A DNA stretch of 64,000 nucleotides from Macrostomum lignano (lineage: Eukaryota): assembly GCA_002269645.1 (NCBI GenBank), contig NIVC01002115.1, forward strand, positions 140,160 through 204,159, read 5' to 3'. Below are positions 25,713 through 38,859 of this stretch, piece by piece; within the stretch, counting starts at the first letter, position 1, and every line of letters begins with the position of its first letter. The notes under the pieces were generated by a model. The model was not told where the DNA came from and did not search any database. It worked only from the letters and a program-made list of their open reading frames with translations. Made by a program: the position numbers and the translations under genes.

Positions 25713-26214
25713 TATATTAAGAAATCGCCTACTGAAAACTAGCAAGCAATTGTAATTAATGTGAATCTAATGCTTGTATAATAAGCCTGCGCATTGATAC
25801 ATGTACATGTATAGTTAAATAGAACTGCGAAAACGTGTCCTATATACGTCTACAATACATTACGTTTGGAGGCAGAGTTTTTCGTGTGATCGCACGGCTC
25901 GTACACATTTTAGTCGCTTTATTTGTACATCAGTTTGTGTGATTCGATGACTTCATTGGTGGGTACTATGAACGAGACTTCAAGAGCTAAGAGGCAAAAA
26001 CGTACATAAGTGCGGTGATGGAGTCAAATGCAGATGTATTTACTCAATAATGGACTGAATAGCTTTCTTATAGAAATACGGCAATCTGTTTGATTTTTTT
26101 ACAACCAGTATGGCGTGGTATCGACATAGAAGTGCATGTACATTAACAGCCTTTGACGCCATGCACTTCTCTCAGTGGATTTACTGAGGATTAGGAGGTG
26201 ATCTATACTTAGTC

Positions 26215-26460
26215 CAAGGACAACTCACGTAGAAGGACGGGTAGCCTCAGTTCTTTGGAAATTTTAAGAGGCAGGTTATACCGAAAAAATACACTACGGA
26301 GATTGGAAGTTTTCAGTTTTACAGCACAAAGTTAAAAATTGTTATTGCTTTCGATAGGAGGCAGACCCAGTGCTCATCTTTTGATATCTTGTGCCTTTCT
26401 TATTTTTCTATTGATATTCATAGAGCTTTTCGTTCAGAAAATTAAGATTCTATATATTCA
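26215..26460 (+). repeat. Solo left-end copy of the Chapaev-like element
   Basis: About 250 bp homologous to 6378-6630 (CAAGGAC.., AATTGTTATTGCTTTC.ATAGGAGGCAGACCCA.., GCTTTTCGTTCAGAAAA). Confidence 0.8.
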
Positions 26461-26706
26461 TAAAAAGCATTCATAAATTTTCAAATAATCGAACAATCAC
26501 TGGTCGAGCAATTTAATTTGTGTTCAAAGGAATTGAAGCCAGTTTATCTTGTTGATAGGCAAAATACAGGCATGTTATACATAGATATACAGCTACAAAT
26601 TCGAATTATGATTTGATGAATCGAGCACAGTAAGGTTATGAAAATCAATAACTATTAAGACAGTTTGTCAGAAAAAATCCCTAAGCTTGAAGCACAAGTA
26701 CTGGGA

Positions 26707-27548
26707 TCATTCGTGAGCGTCATCGCTGGCAGCGGGGGCTGGCTGCTGCTGTTGCTGCTGCTGCCAATTCGGCACGCTTGGTCCGCCAAGCTGCTGCAGA
26801 TCCTCCCGGGAGAGAAGCAGCCGCTGCACCGACTCCACAGCCTGCCGGGTCTTCGCCTGCTCGCCCTCGACGAAGCTGAGCATGTTGACCACCTGGTCCA
26901 GTCTGTAAGCGGGACGTCGGTACAGGACTGTGACTCACTGAGAAATGGGCACTGCGTCTGGGAGGGTGGAGGACCAGTCTGGGATCGATTAAGGTAGGGG
27001 ATCAGCAAGTGAAGATCTGGGAGGCTGGCCTAGCAACTGACACTTTGGGAGGCTGGCCCAGCAACTGACACTCTGGGAGGCTGGCCCAGCAACTGAGGAT
27101 CTGGGAGGCTGGCCCAGCAACTGAGGATCTGGGAGGCTGGCCCAGCAACTGAGGATCTGGGAGGCTGGCCCAGCAACTGAGGATCTGGGAGGCTGGCCCA
27201 GCAACTGAGGATCTGGGAGGCTGGCTCAGCAACTAAGGATCTGTGAGGCTGGCTCGGAAACTGAGGATCTGAGTAGGTTTAGAGAGAAATTGCTTAAACA
27301 GGTATTAAACTCGGCCATCATTGCCCATAAACACACTTGCTCTGCAGGTGGGCCAGTTTTTCCCCAGCCTCTCGCTGTGCCACGGCCACAGTGCAGATCT
27401 TGGCAAACAGCTCGTGCACTGTGGGCCCGCCAAGGATTGATGCCAGATTGCGCCAGGATCTGCGCAATCGGCGGCGCATTAAGAAAACTAGAATCGCTAA
27501 AGCGCCTGTCCAAAACAGGCTTAAACGAGCTCGCCTTGTCAGAGCCAT
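26707..27548 (-). CDS. Candidate two-exon gene, 135 aa, N-terminal hydrophobic anchor plus coiled-coil-like segment
   Basis: Exons 27548-27337 and 26902-26707; donor GTGTGT, acceptor TTACAG. The phase-2 junction restores ..HLQSKLDQVVNML.. in frame. No family recognised. Confidence 0.6.
27010..27272. repeat. 28-bp minisatellite (CTGGGAGGCTGGCCCAGCAACTGAGGAT)n
   Basis: Period 28 (27073, 27101, 27129); same family as 62690-63360 in the opposite orientation. Confidence 0.95.
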
Positions 27549-30500
27549 GAATATTTGTACGTTTAATTGGGACTTTTAATTGATATTATGCTATAATTGA
27601 CATATAGACAATTTCTGCAGTCTAGAAAAGAACTTTATAGAGTTGCTGAAATTTCATATCTAATTTTTGTAAGCTTCTGTTGTGCCATGCTGCATCCCTA
27701 TTTTTCTCTCCCTCTCTATGGTTGAGCCCATGAGCCAGTGGTTCAGGCAGCTGTTTCCTATACTATGCTACAATCTGGCCTACGCTCTACCCACTCTCCT
27801 TCCATGTTGATTTTGCGCCTAACCCCAGTTTTCTTTCTGTCCTGTGCCTTCTACCTCCAGAGACTCCTGATTGGCTGGCTGAGGGAGGGGGTGGGTTTGC
27901 TGTGGCTGTCAACCCATCCCCTGTACCTCCTCCCTCTGCTATGCTATTTGAAGTGCACCCTTCTCCCAACCCATTTTTCCACCACGAACCCTCTCTTTTG
28001 TTCTCATGTGACTGTGCAAAAGCAGTGCTCTACAGTTAAGGTAAATACATTGGACATTGTGGCTAGCAAACCATAGGCGGTTGTGCACTTTTATGGAACT
28101 TTTGCAGCATTAGGCAGGACCTAGGCATCTCCTAGCTGGGTGTCTTTCCTTCTAGCTCCTACCATTGGTGACCTAGGGGTTGCTAATAGCTTTGGACATG
28201 ATAGGTTTCTATTTAACCTATTTCTAACCTAAGAAGTGAAGATTAAACTTTATTAAGATCCCTAAGTCATTAAAATTATTAAAATAAACAAAAGAAAACA
28301 AAATATTAAAGTTTTTTTTCTATTTTTAAAATGACCCTTGATTAAATTATATTTAAAAAGGCTATAGAAAAATGAATATTTTGTTTTGCTTGAAGTTCAG
28401 AATAAGAAACTAACCAAGAAGGTGAGTAAAAAATATTGATAAAAATGATAGGAATTATTGACATTGTATGGTAACAAGTTTAATAATATTTACAAACTAT
28501 GCATAGGCCCTAGTATAAAATGCTACATTTTATTTTTTAAGCTAGAATATTTAAAATGAACAACCTTTACACTCTAATACCGGGTACAAACTCACTATAA
28601 AAGAAAATGAATACAGACAGAATAACAATAAAAATAGCACAAATAGTTAGCCAATTAGAATTTGAAATGTGTTCCGCAAGTTTGACAAATGAGGTTTTAA
28701 TCATTGTATCATTTGCTTTAGTTAGGATATTAGCTGAAAGATATTATTATAAGCATATATGATTAAAATGCTAAATTGTTAAGTTTTGACTAAGTCTTAT
28801 AGTAGCCTGTATATTAAAATTTTAAATATAGAATGTTTATAATTATAGTTCATAACAAAGTTTTTAGGTATCTAGGTCTCTAGGTCAAGTCCTAGAAAAT
28901 GCCAACATTGTAATTACCACATATTGTCACTATTATCATTATAGATTAAATTATAAGCTAGAAACACTAGTAGATCTAGGTAGGGGGATCAAAGGGATTG
29001 GGCTGGTTGGCTAACTTTTTTTCCAAGAAAATATATCCTATGCCTTAAATAGGGGGGCCTAACAATAAAAATTTACAAATCAAATCTCTTTGATATTATC
29101 TAACAAGATTTTTTAAACTTAAGCTTAATCAATAATCAAGCTTTTTTTAAATATATTTTAGCTCATAGAGCAGCAGCTCTTTCATTGATAGAAAGCATTA
29201 GGGCCTTAGGGGCTAGGGCCTATTATTAGCAATAGCAAATAGGCCTAGTCACTTAAAAGAATGGCTATTATTATTATTTTAGTGACTATACAAATAGTTG
29301 CAACAACTTGTCCTTTATTATTGCTACATCTTTCTAATAATGTCAGATGTATATATTACAAGTAAATTTGTTTTTCTAACATACACTTGAATTTATGGTA
29401 TTTTGAAAAAAGCCTAGGTTTCTTTGCCATTTATAGACTTATAGTAGGCCTAATCTAATCTAGTCAATTTTGCAAAAGACCAAGTATGATAGGCATAACT
29501 ATTGTTGTTAACTAATACAAATTCATCTCTTGAATATTGTTACATTGACAGTGATTGACAAGGATAGAAAGTGATTGCATTTAAAGAATATGCCTATTTG
29601 GCAACTATGCTCGGGCTAGGCCTAGTAGGCTAGTATGTGATTAGGCTGACAGGTCTACTAGCCAAGACTTAGAAATAAATCCCGGAACATAAGAATAGGA
29701 GTATGAATAGGAATAGGAATAGGCCTATACTATATATATCTATATGAAAAAGCAGCATCTAGACTGTCTAATACATAAGATCTAAGGCATGATAAACAGA
29801 CATTATATGATATATCTAGGCCTAGTTTTCAAAGAAAAGAGATCTAACCAAAAACTAACCAGCAACACGGCCGGACATAATTTGCTTCTTAGAAAAAATC
29901 TTCTCGCCCTATCTCTTTTTGAGATTTCCCAGAACCCAAAATCATAAGGGCTTTCTAAGAAAAAAGCAGTAGTATATAACAACTTCGTCAACCCTAAAGA
30001 AGGTTTTAATGTCAGAATATTTTTACGAAGTCAAGTTTTTCTGCCTTAATGATATGCTTCACAAAATATGGCTCTATAGTCCTGGAATCAAAATTGACAA
30101 TGTGAAATTAAGCCCAACCATGTGGAATCTGGAATGCGTCTTATTTATACCGATCGCAGCATCGCAGTACGATGCCGAGCAGTCAACTACTGCTCCGTGA
30201 AAAGCAACAGCCCCTTCACGCCGGCGAAGAACGTAAAAAGACGCAAAATTATGGCTTGTTGCATGCACCATCGGCCCTTACAGCCCAAGACCAAACCGAC
30301 CGCGCCGAATTTGACAGCTCCCTTTCAAGTAGCTGCATATGTACCGTGCACAGGCTACAGACCACACGGCAAGCAAAACACCAAACCATGAAATTTCGCA
30401 GTAAAACCCAGCAGTTGTACAGCCGTCTACACGTGTAGCTGGCTGTACGGGCCGGTTGTACGATTTGCTGTACGGGAAATTATGTAGACGCGGTCCTTGG

Positions 30501-32890
30501 CCATATTAGACACACAGACGAAATAATGTACAGATCTAGACACGTCAGACGACGTTTCTGACGTCTATACATGTTATTAATGTCGCTGAATAATAAGAAA
30601 TTTTGCATTACGAGCTTGGCCAACGAATAAACCCAGCTGGGAAACGTATAATGTTTAACGGTCGAAACTAGCGGCCATTATGCTCCCTCTGCAAAAGCGG
30701 CGTGCATGTACCTGGGCGTAGTCAAGAGGGATAGCTAAGGGAGCAAATTTGGCAGGTCGCCCCCTCGCCCAGGAAGATGGCCCTAATCGGCCTGCCAACG
30801 TACATATATAATTGTGAGTCCGCGACCGGTCATCTTAGTTTTATTGGACCGTTAGAAGACTGCCCTGCCAGGAACATTGGTGACTCTTTCAAGGTTCCAT
30901 AGGCCTTTGGACTCGCAAAACTGTTGTCAAACTGGGGTCAAGGCTCCAGCTCGCGTTCTCCTTTTATAAGCTTCATCTTTCTCTAGAACAGATAGCAAAA
31001 CAAAAGAGCAGGTGCCCATTCCGACATACCGTAAATTATATGGAATGCTCGACCTGCAGTTATCTTTTTTTCGAGAGCCTGGTGCAGTCTGAAAAACTAC
31101 TTTTTGTCAGTTTGTGATTTAGACTTCTCTTTTCCTTGTCCTGTTAATTTCATCTTTCATCTGCATCCATGCTCTCCCATTCGTCCTCCTTCACAATTCC
31201 TTTCCCCTTTTCTCTTTGATATATTGCTAGGAGGAGTTGCATTAGCACAATAATATTTCAAGCGTATATAAGAATATCAGCATACTTTTTCATGTCATAT
31301 CACCAGATGTCAAGGTACGGCTGGTACGCTCGCATTCGGCGGCCACCTGACATGCAGATGGGTCAAGGATCGAAGCAAGAGACTGGTGATTTTTTCTCAT
31401 TTTTTTTTCTGACAACAAATGATCTATCAGTTTTCGGCCTGTTGTTCGCATGAATCTACATGTACAAATGTAGATGTTGGTCCTAATCTTCTGTGAATTT
31501 TCCCATTGCTTTCAACTTCATCACTGATCTATTGTGTGTATTTTAATACTGATTTTGGACTTGGCAGTGCTGAAACTCATAAATCATTTTTATTAAAATT
31601 GGATGATTTATGGCCACACCTGTTTATCGCTTTTTGAGGGTTCCAAGAGACCTGATGTGATCTCTCAGCTTTTCGTGGGTTTTGTTTAGCAACTAGCTGC
31701 TCGGCCAATCAGAAAATTGGGTGTGCATTTTAACAAATTGGCTCAGCCAATCAGAATCGCCGTGTTTAACTAAAACAAATCGCGGACCAGTTGTTTCCTA
31801 TTTAAACCGCTGATTTTACTCGCTCGGAACTACTCACAATCTTCTGCTTAAAAAGACTGCCCTGGGAACTCCATGTCGCCCTCTCCAACTGTCAGAATGA
31901 TTGTCCGCGGCGCCAAAATGAGTGTTTGCCTGCAATTCTCAAAATAATGTGCATGTAGGAATCTGTCACATACATGTAGAATTCATCCCCACAATACTTG
32001 TAAAACCCATGGCGACACCCCTGAAGTCTTGTGATTTTTTGTGTGGTCCGTTTTCAGTAAGAATGATTGGGCATTGCACTTTACTTGATTGCTTTTTATG
32101 TACTCAAATTTTCGAGGCAGAAAACCAGCGTCTACTACTACAAATAGCTTTTTCGCCCATGAATCAGTTCAAGTACTGAATGGCCATATAGTAATCAGTC
32201 GATCGATCAATAATCTATATAATTTTGAATCAGAATTCAAGTCAGTCATGTACGAGCGTACTTTAGTGCTGACTCAGGTGGCATCGTGGTTGATTTTTTA
32301 TGCACTAAAATTGCCACGGGGTCAGAGCTTGCGATTCCCGCCCGTTCGTGTCAATCAACTCCCAAGGCGTAGGTCGTGTGCACATGCCTTCCGATAGGCC
32401 AAGGCCGCTGTACATAGCTGTGCGTGTGTGTGTGCTTGAGGTTCAACCCATTCAGATGGGTTCGGCCTTCTTAAGCCCTTGATCGGAGGCTTGTCCGGTC
32501 TCAAAGCTTAAAAAATCAACCACTGAATGCTTCTGGCCTCCCTCATAGATGTGGCGAGCTTCATCAATAAAAGTAGACTTTACGCCTTACCTGTTTCTCT
32601 TCCATCTGAAATTATTTTAGGAAATGGTTTTAGTAGAACTTTCGAGGGAAATTGCTTTCAAAACCATGAATTCTACGTCAAAGTGGTTTCTGACGCTGGC
32701 ATGTAGCTTGTAGCTACTTAATTCTTCACGTGATCAACTATACAAGCAAAATATTGACGGGAACAATTGCTACTATAAGTAGACAGATACATGTAGGAAA
32801 AGATAGATGCAATCCTCAACATTCTGTTGAATGGATTAAAAATCGCTGTAAGTTGGTCAATACGAACAGCCCAGGCCTTGATCGGCTTAT

Positions 32891-33400
32891 CAGGGGACCA
32901 CAAACTTTTTTAACTAAAGGTCCAGATAGAGAATCCAGTTCATGGCTGCGGGCCAGATGAGAGTGGAATGGAGAGGAAAGGGAAGATGAGAGAAGAGATG
33001 AAAGAAGAGAGAAGAGGCGAAAGATGGCTTAAAGAAAGAGATAGTAGAAAAGATAAGAGGAGAGAAGAGGAGAGAGAGAGGAGATGGGGGGAGAGGACAG
33101 AGGTGGGGAGAGAGAAGAGAGAGAGGAGAGAGAGGAGATGGGGAGAGAGGAGAGAGAAGAGAGGAGGGAGAATAGAAGATAGGGGGAGAGAGGAGAGAGA
33201 GGGGAGACGGGTAGTGAAGAGAGAGAGAAGAAGAGGGAGCGGGGGATAGAGAAGAGAAGAGAGGGGAAAGATGAGAGAAATCGGAGAGGGAGGGACGAGG
33301 AGAGAAGAAGAGAGCTGAGAAGAGACGCAAACTTTGAGCGGCCCGGATTGCTATTGTGAAGTTTCGAAGGACCCGAGGGCCGGATAGACAGGCTTTGCAG
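32891..33400. mobile_element. hAT/Charlie-like MITE remnant with internal (GA)-rich tract
   Basis: Starts CAGGGGACCACAAACTTTTT..GGTCCAGATAG..GCGGGCCAGAT; purine-only tract ~32960-33320; right end not intact. Confidence 0.45.
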
Positions 33401-34684
33401 GCAGTATTTTTAAACTATGAGAGGTCTCAACTGCCAACCTGAATCTCTATTTATTCTATTTATTCTCTTAAGTTGAGCTGAATTTTCCCACTATAATTTC
33501 ACTTGCGTGTATATATTAACCACAGCCAACTCTGCAAGTTGCAGAGACTCCCTAGTGGATGGATTGATGTAGACTAGATTTAAAGAATACTTGATTATTT
33601 TCGTAAAATATCCCATCTACACACGAGTCAATATGATTTCAAAGAAAGTTATGAATCGATTTCCTTTCTTACTTAACACTATACTTGAATGCTTCACGCG
33701 CTGTCATGGACCAATGAAACTGCTCTACTCAACCCTGTCAACTGCTTAAGAAAAATGTAGACACACTGCATATGGACTTGCAGTGGTATAGAGTGAGGGT
33801 AGAGGCAGAAAGAGAGAGTTGACTTAGCTAGTCTTGGAAAGAAAGCAGTAGCTGCCAACAAGCTGTTGTTCCCAGAGCGTTTGCTTCAGCGACAGCTGGC
33901 AATGGCCTCTGCATCCCAACTGTACCCCCGATTGTTAAATGTACATTTACTCGTATGCATGAATTGGCACAGCCGGGAGGGAAAGGAAAAATCAATATAT
34001 CTCTATTTTAACCTCCTAAGCATTTCACTGTACATACAATGTCGCTAGTTTGAATTTCAATCTTTTACGCCGCTTATCAACGAAATTATTCCACAAATTT
34101 TCTGAATTTGCAAAAGCACTGAATTCAATCCTTCGTAGGGACGCGCGACTCTTTCCTGAGATTTATAGTAGCAATAATAGTAACAGCAGAAAATCCCATT
34201 TCCCATAGGGCAGGATTTGTGAAAAGATAAATTGCAATACGGCTTATACTCCCTGAGTGGATCCTGGGTTTTATTGTAGTCACCGCAGTGAAAAATATTG
34301 TGCGTGTGTGTTTTTGCCCAAATTCTGGCTGATTCCTGTGTTAGCACGGGTGTGCGGGAGCTGCCGCCCGTGCACCCACAGACAGCCAATCAATTGCTCT
34401 GGCCGCGGTTCCATGAGCAAGAGAGTGAGTATTTAGCTCAGCACTTAAAGTGTAGGAGAGGCTGTTGGAGAGTTCTGCTCCTGCTACTGCAGAGTTTCAT
34501 TTCCTAGCGGGTCAACCCGTTTCTGCCAGGGAGTTTTTTGGGAACATAACACGCCAAGCTTAGAGACACGTTATTTTGCCTGTTCCTGTGGCCTTGCACT
34601 CGTGACGTAAAGTACACTATACTGCGAACACCGAGTAGGTAAGATTGTCGGGTTGACTTCACGGGGAAGAAGATCCCCATTCAC

Positions 34685-34815
34685 CCTGCTTCCCCCTCCA
34701 TCAGATCCCCATTCTCCCTGCATCCCCCTCCATCAGATCCCCATTCTCCCTGCATCCCCCTCCATCAGATCCCCATTCTCCCTGCATCCCCTTCCATCAG
34801 ATCCCATTCTCCCTC
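34685..34815. repeat. 32-bp tandem repeat (~4 copies)
   Basis: CATCAGATCCCCATTCTCCCTGCATCCCCCTC at 34699, 34731, etc. Confidence 0.9.
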
Positions 34816-34935
34816 ATGCTCACCATCTCCTACTTGTGATTGGCTGCTGGCATTCACGCACACCTATATTTCACTCGAGCATTATGTGCATTGTAAAATT
34901 CAGAAGCAAAAATACGGATTGGATTTAATCTAAAA

Positions 34936-35617
34936 GGCGCCAAGCACCAGGGGTGCCAAGCACCAGGGGCGCCAAGCACCAGGGGCGCCAAGCACCAGGG
35001 GCGCCAAGCACCAGGGGCGCCAAGCACCAGGGGCGCCAAGCACCAGGGGCGCCAAGCACCAGGGGCGCCAAGCACCAGGGGCGCCAAGCACCAGGGGCGC
35101 CAAGCACCAGGGGCGCCAAGCACCAGGGGCGCCAAGCACCAGGGGCGCCAAGCACCAGGGGCGCCAAGCACCAGGGGCGCCAAGCACCAGGGGCGCCAAG
35201 CACCAGGGGCGCCAAGCACCAGGGGCGCCAAGCACCAGGGGCGCCAAGCACCAGGGGCGCCAAGCACCAGGGGCGCCAAGCACCAGGGGCGCCAAGCACC
35301 AGGGGCGCCAAGCACCAGGGGCGCCAAGCACCAGGGGCGCCAAGCACCAGGGGCGCCAAGCACCAGGGGCGCCAAGCACCAGGGGCGCCAAGCACCAGGG
35401 GCGCCAAGCACCAGGGGCGCCAAGCACCAGGGGCGCCAAGCACCAGGGGCGCCAAGCACCAGGGGCGCCAAGCACCAGGGGCGCCAAGCACCAGGGGCGC
35501 CAAGCACCAGGGGCGCCAAGCACCAGGGGCGCCAAGCACCAGGGGCGCCAAGCACCAGGGGCGCCAAGCACCAGGGGCGCCAAGCTCCAGGGGCGCCAAG
35601 CACCAGGGGCGCCAAGC
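34936..35617. repeat. Near-perfect 16-bp minisatellite (GGCGCCAAGCACCAGG)n, ~42 copies
   Basis: Period 16 with only two variant units seen. Confidence 0.98.
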
Positions 35618-35718
35618 CAATTAACTTTTAGAGAAGCTACTGTTCGGAGTTGCATGTATCTTTGAAAATCATCCAAATAAATCTACAGGCTGAATACAGT
35701 TCTGTCTCTCTCAGCTCA

Positions 35719-37128
35719 ATGTCGGAAACCAACAATGATCACCACGGCGATGGCGGCGGCGACGGCGGCGGCGGCGGCGGGCCTCGTTGCGGTGGCCAGG
35801 GCCCGGTGCGCTTAAACTCGGTAGCTCGCGATGCCATCACCAGTCAGCTGACCGAGGAGCAGGTTGCCGAGTTCAAGGAGGCCTTCGCCCTATTCGACAG
35901 AGACGGCAGCGGCTCCATCACCGTCAGAGAGCTGGAGGTCATCATGCGCTCGCTTGGTCAGAATCCGAGCGAACAGGAGCTCGCTGTGAGTATCCAGTGA
36001 CTCATCTGCTTACCTGGTGTGCTGGTTGCGAATAATTAGAATTTGCCGAGTCACAGGGCCATACCTGAAGATAAAAAAACTGGGCCTCTGCACACCCTGT
36101 GCGAATCACTGGCCAGGCCCCAAATCGCCCCAAATAAAAATTTCGCTCCTCCAAAAACTATGTGAAACAATTGCAAGCTCGGGGAATGAAAGTAGCTTGA
36201 CTTTGCCACTTCATGGACGTGACATCCGCCGGCTTGAAGACAGTGGTTGGGGCACCCACCAAAAGACACGGGCGCCAACCAAGAGACAAGGGCGCCAACC
36301 AAGAGACAGGGACGCCCACTAAGAGACAAGGGCGCCAACCAAGAGACGGGGGTGCCCACTAAGAGACAAGGGTGCCAACCAAGAGACAGGGGCGCCCACT
36401 AAGAGACAAGGGTGCCAACCAACAGACGGGGTGCCAACCAAGAGACAGGGGCGCACACGAAGAGACAAGGGTGCCAACCAACAGACGGGGTGCCAACCAA
36501 GAGACAGGGGCACACACGAAGAGACCAAATATTTGCATCCTTTAGGGGTGCGGCCGTCTAATTAAAATGTCTGCGAACGCCACTGGTGTGAGCGTGTGCC
36601 GTGCCTGCGTACAGTACTGGCGCGCTTGTATGCGCTCATTAGGAGTCAGCGGAATGGACAAAACTGCCTCAGCGTTTGTTGTGGGACGATGTCGTGGTGC
36701 CACGGGGTGCCCCACAGCCCTTCTGCGAATGTTTACACTTATCTCGTGTACTGATAACGTGTGCGCACACTTCTACGTTCTTATTTTAACATCCAAAAGA
36801 CGCTGCGAATTGCCAACAGGAGATGATTCAAAGCGTAGACATCGACGGGAACGGTGAGATTGACTTCCCCGAGTTCATGGCCATGATGGCCGAGAAGCTG
36901 CAGGACACCAACTCGGAGCAGGAGATCATCGCAGCATTTCAAGCCTTCGATCGAGACGGTAACGGCTATTTGAGCCGCGAAGAACTGCAGGGCATCCTGA
37001 TGCACTTCGGTGAGAACAGCATGACGGAGGAGGACATCACGGAGATGATCTCGGCGGCCGATCGCAACGCCGATGGCAAGATCCAGTACGAAGAGTTCGC
37101 TCACTTCATTGCCTCCGTCATTCGTTGA
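35719..37128 (+). CDS. Calmodulin-like protein (4 EF-hands) with Gly-rich N-terminal extension, 191 aa
   Basis: join(35719..35985,36820..37128), GT-AG phase 0. EF loops [48 protein letters not shown]; [13 protein letters not shown] is calmodulin-like. Confidence 0.93.
36250..36525. repeat. ~20/40-bp degenerate tandem repeat (CCAACCAAGAGACAGGGG..) in the calmodulin-like intron
   Basis: Recurrent AAGAGACA(A/G)GGG(T/C)GCC motif. Confidence 0.85.
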
Positions 37129-37884
37129 TGCTGTCGCGGTGGTAGAGGCTGTATTAAATCTTGATGTGTTTTGTGACGGGAATCGATCGATCTATATATT
37201 CGGGTACGTTGCTCGACCGAAGGACGTTACTTAGAACGAACGTAGGAAAGTTTACGACACAACCTATATATATTCATAGTTAAAGTGATCCTTGGGTTCC
37301 GACCTTCCTGCGAGCATAATACAGATGAATTTACACGTACACACGTTATGTTAAGACAAGTTAGGATGTTAGGTCGTTATGCACGTAGGCAACCGTTATG
37401 ATTTGGTTGTTGCAGAATCTCTACATGAAATTTCGCTTCGGGCTTACATGTGATTCGCTAATGATTACATTTTCTTTACATGCTTCATGACTGACACTAC
37501 GTGTTACGCTTATAACAATGCTGTCAATCATTTTTATTGATTTTTTTCTGATGAGACTCTGAATTCTTTATATGACACAGGTGGATTTGATCTATATTAC
37601 ATGTCGTTTCTTCTCCGTCATGTGTTTAAAGGTAACTTTATGGTTAAAGATTTGCAAGATTATTCAATATTTTCTTAATCATACAGTTATGCTTAGTATA
37701 CTTACTTTGATCGATTTTTTTGAATACATGTAAGTATCTTAAAATACAGGCGATTTCTTGTTGAATAAAATATATGCTCTAAAATTACTTTAACAGTTAT
37801 TAGTAATATGCACGTAACTTTATGCTAAGTTAGCTGTTAATTTTATTTATTAGTGACTTCTATGCTGAAAATGAATTGAACTCT

Positions 37885-38330
37885 ATCTACCCACACTCCT
37901 CCCCACTCCCTCTGCCCCACTTTCCCCCCACTCTGTCTACCTCACTCTCCTCCCCACTCCCTCTGCCCCACTTTCCCCCACTCTGTCTACCTCACTCTCC
38001 TCCCCACTCCCTCTGCCCCACTTTCCCCCACTCTGTCTACCTCACTCTCCTCCCCACTCCCTCTGCCCCACTTTCCCCCACTCTGTCTACCTCACTCTCC
38101 TCCCCACTCCCTCTGCCCCACTTTCCCCCACTCTGTCTACCTCACTCTCCTCCCCACTCCCTCTGCCCCACTTTCCCCACTCTGTCTACCTCACTCTCCT
38201 CCCCACTCCCTCTGCCCCACTTTCCCCCACTCTGTCTACCTCACTCTCCTCCCCACTCCCTCTGCCCCACTTTCCCCCACTCTGTCTACCTCACTCTCCT
38301 CCCTTACTCCCTCACTCCCCCTCCTCCCAA
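37885..38330. repeat. 50-bp pyrimidine-rich tandem repeat (~9 copies)
   Basis: CTCTGTCTACCTCACTCTCCTCCCCACTCCCTCTGCCCCACTTTCCCCCA at period 50. Confidence 0.95.
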
Positions 38331-38859
38331 CGGCCTCCATCCCACTCACTCCCTCTATCCCACTCTCTTCTCCCACTATACAATTAGTTAAATAATATTA
38401 ATTTATATACCATTAATCCGGATAATTAATTACCTATTGAACGCGTTGAGTCAATTGCCTGTTTGCTTTAGGTAAGTATGCACAATATACGATTTATTCA
38501 TTGATATTGTAAGTATGCACAGCAAATATTAATACAATACACATTTGGGTTATTAGAGCTATGATGATCATACTCCCTTTAGCATCTGCCTGACTGCGGG
38601 AAACTGGCACAAGGGGCACTTATACTGTACGCTCGTACTAAACCATATAGCTAAATTGAATGACTGCCTGCCAATGAGTTTCCGTCGCCAATTAATCACT
38701 GTCAAAGACTAAAGACTTGAAATAGTAACGTATAAATTGGATTATTGCTGGATCTCACCCTTGGTCTATGCAAATTAAGGATCATCTGGGATTAATGCGG
38801 AATACTGAATCAAATTTTATTATGAGAATAATTAATATATTATAGGCTTCTCAACAGCT

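Noticed and set aside
30400-30800. Harbinger- or hAT-like MITE ends
   Set aside because: Only short partial inverted motifs with no paired ends or TSD.
32440-32530. Small hairpin suggestive of a tRNA or snRNA
   Set aside because: No cloverleaf, A/B boxes or Sm site could be drawn.
34854-35676. 220-250-aa repetitive ORFs; CRISPR-like appearance
   Set aside because: Pure 16-bp tandem repeat without unique spacers. None of the arrays in the window has spacers or cas genes, and the DNA is eukaryotic.
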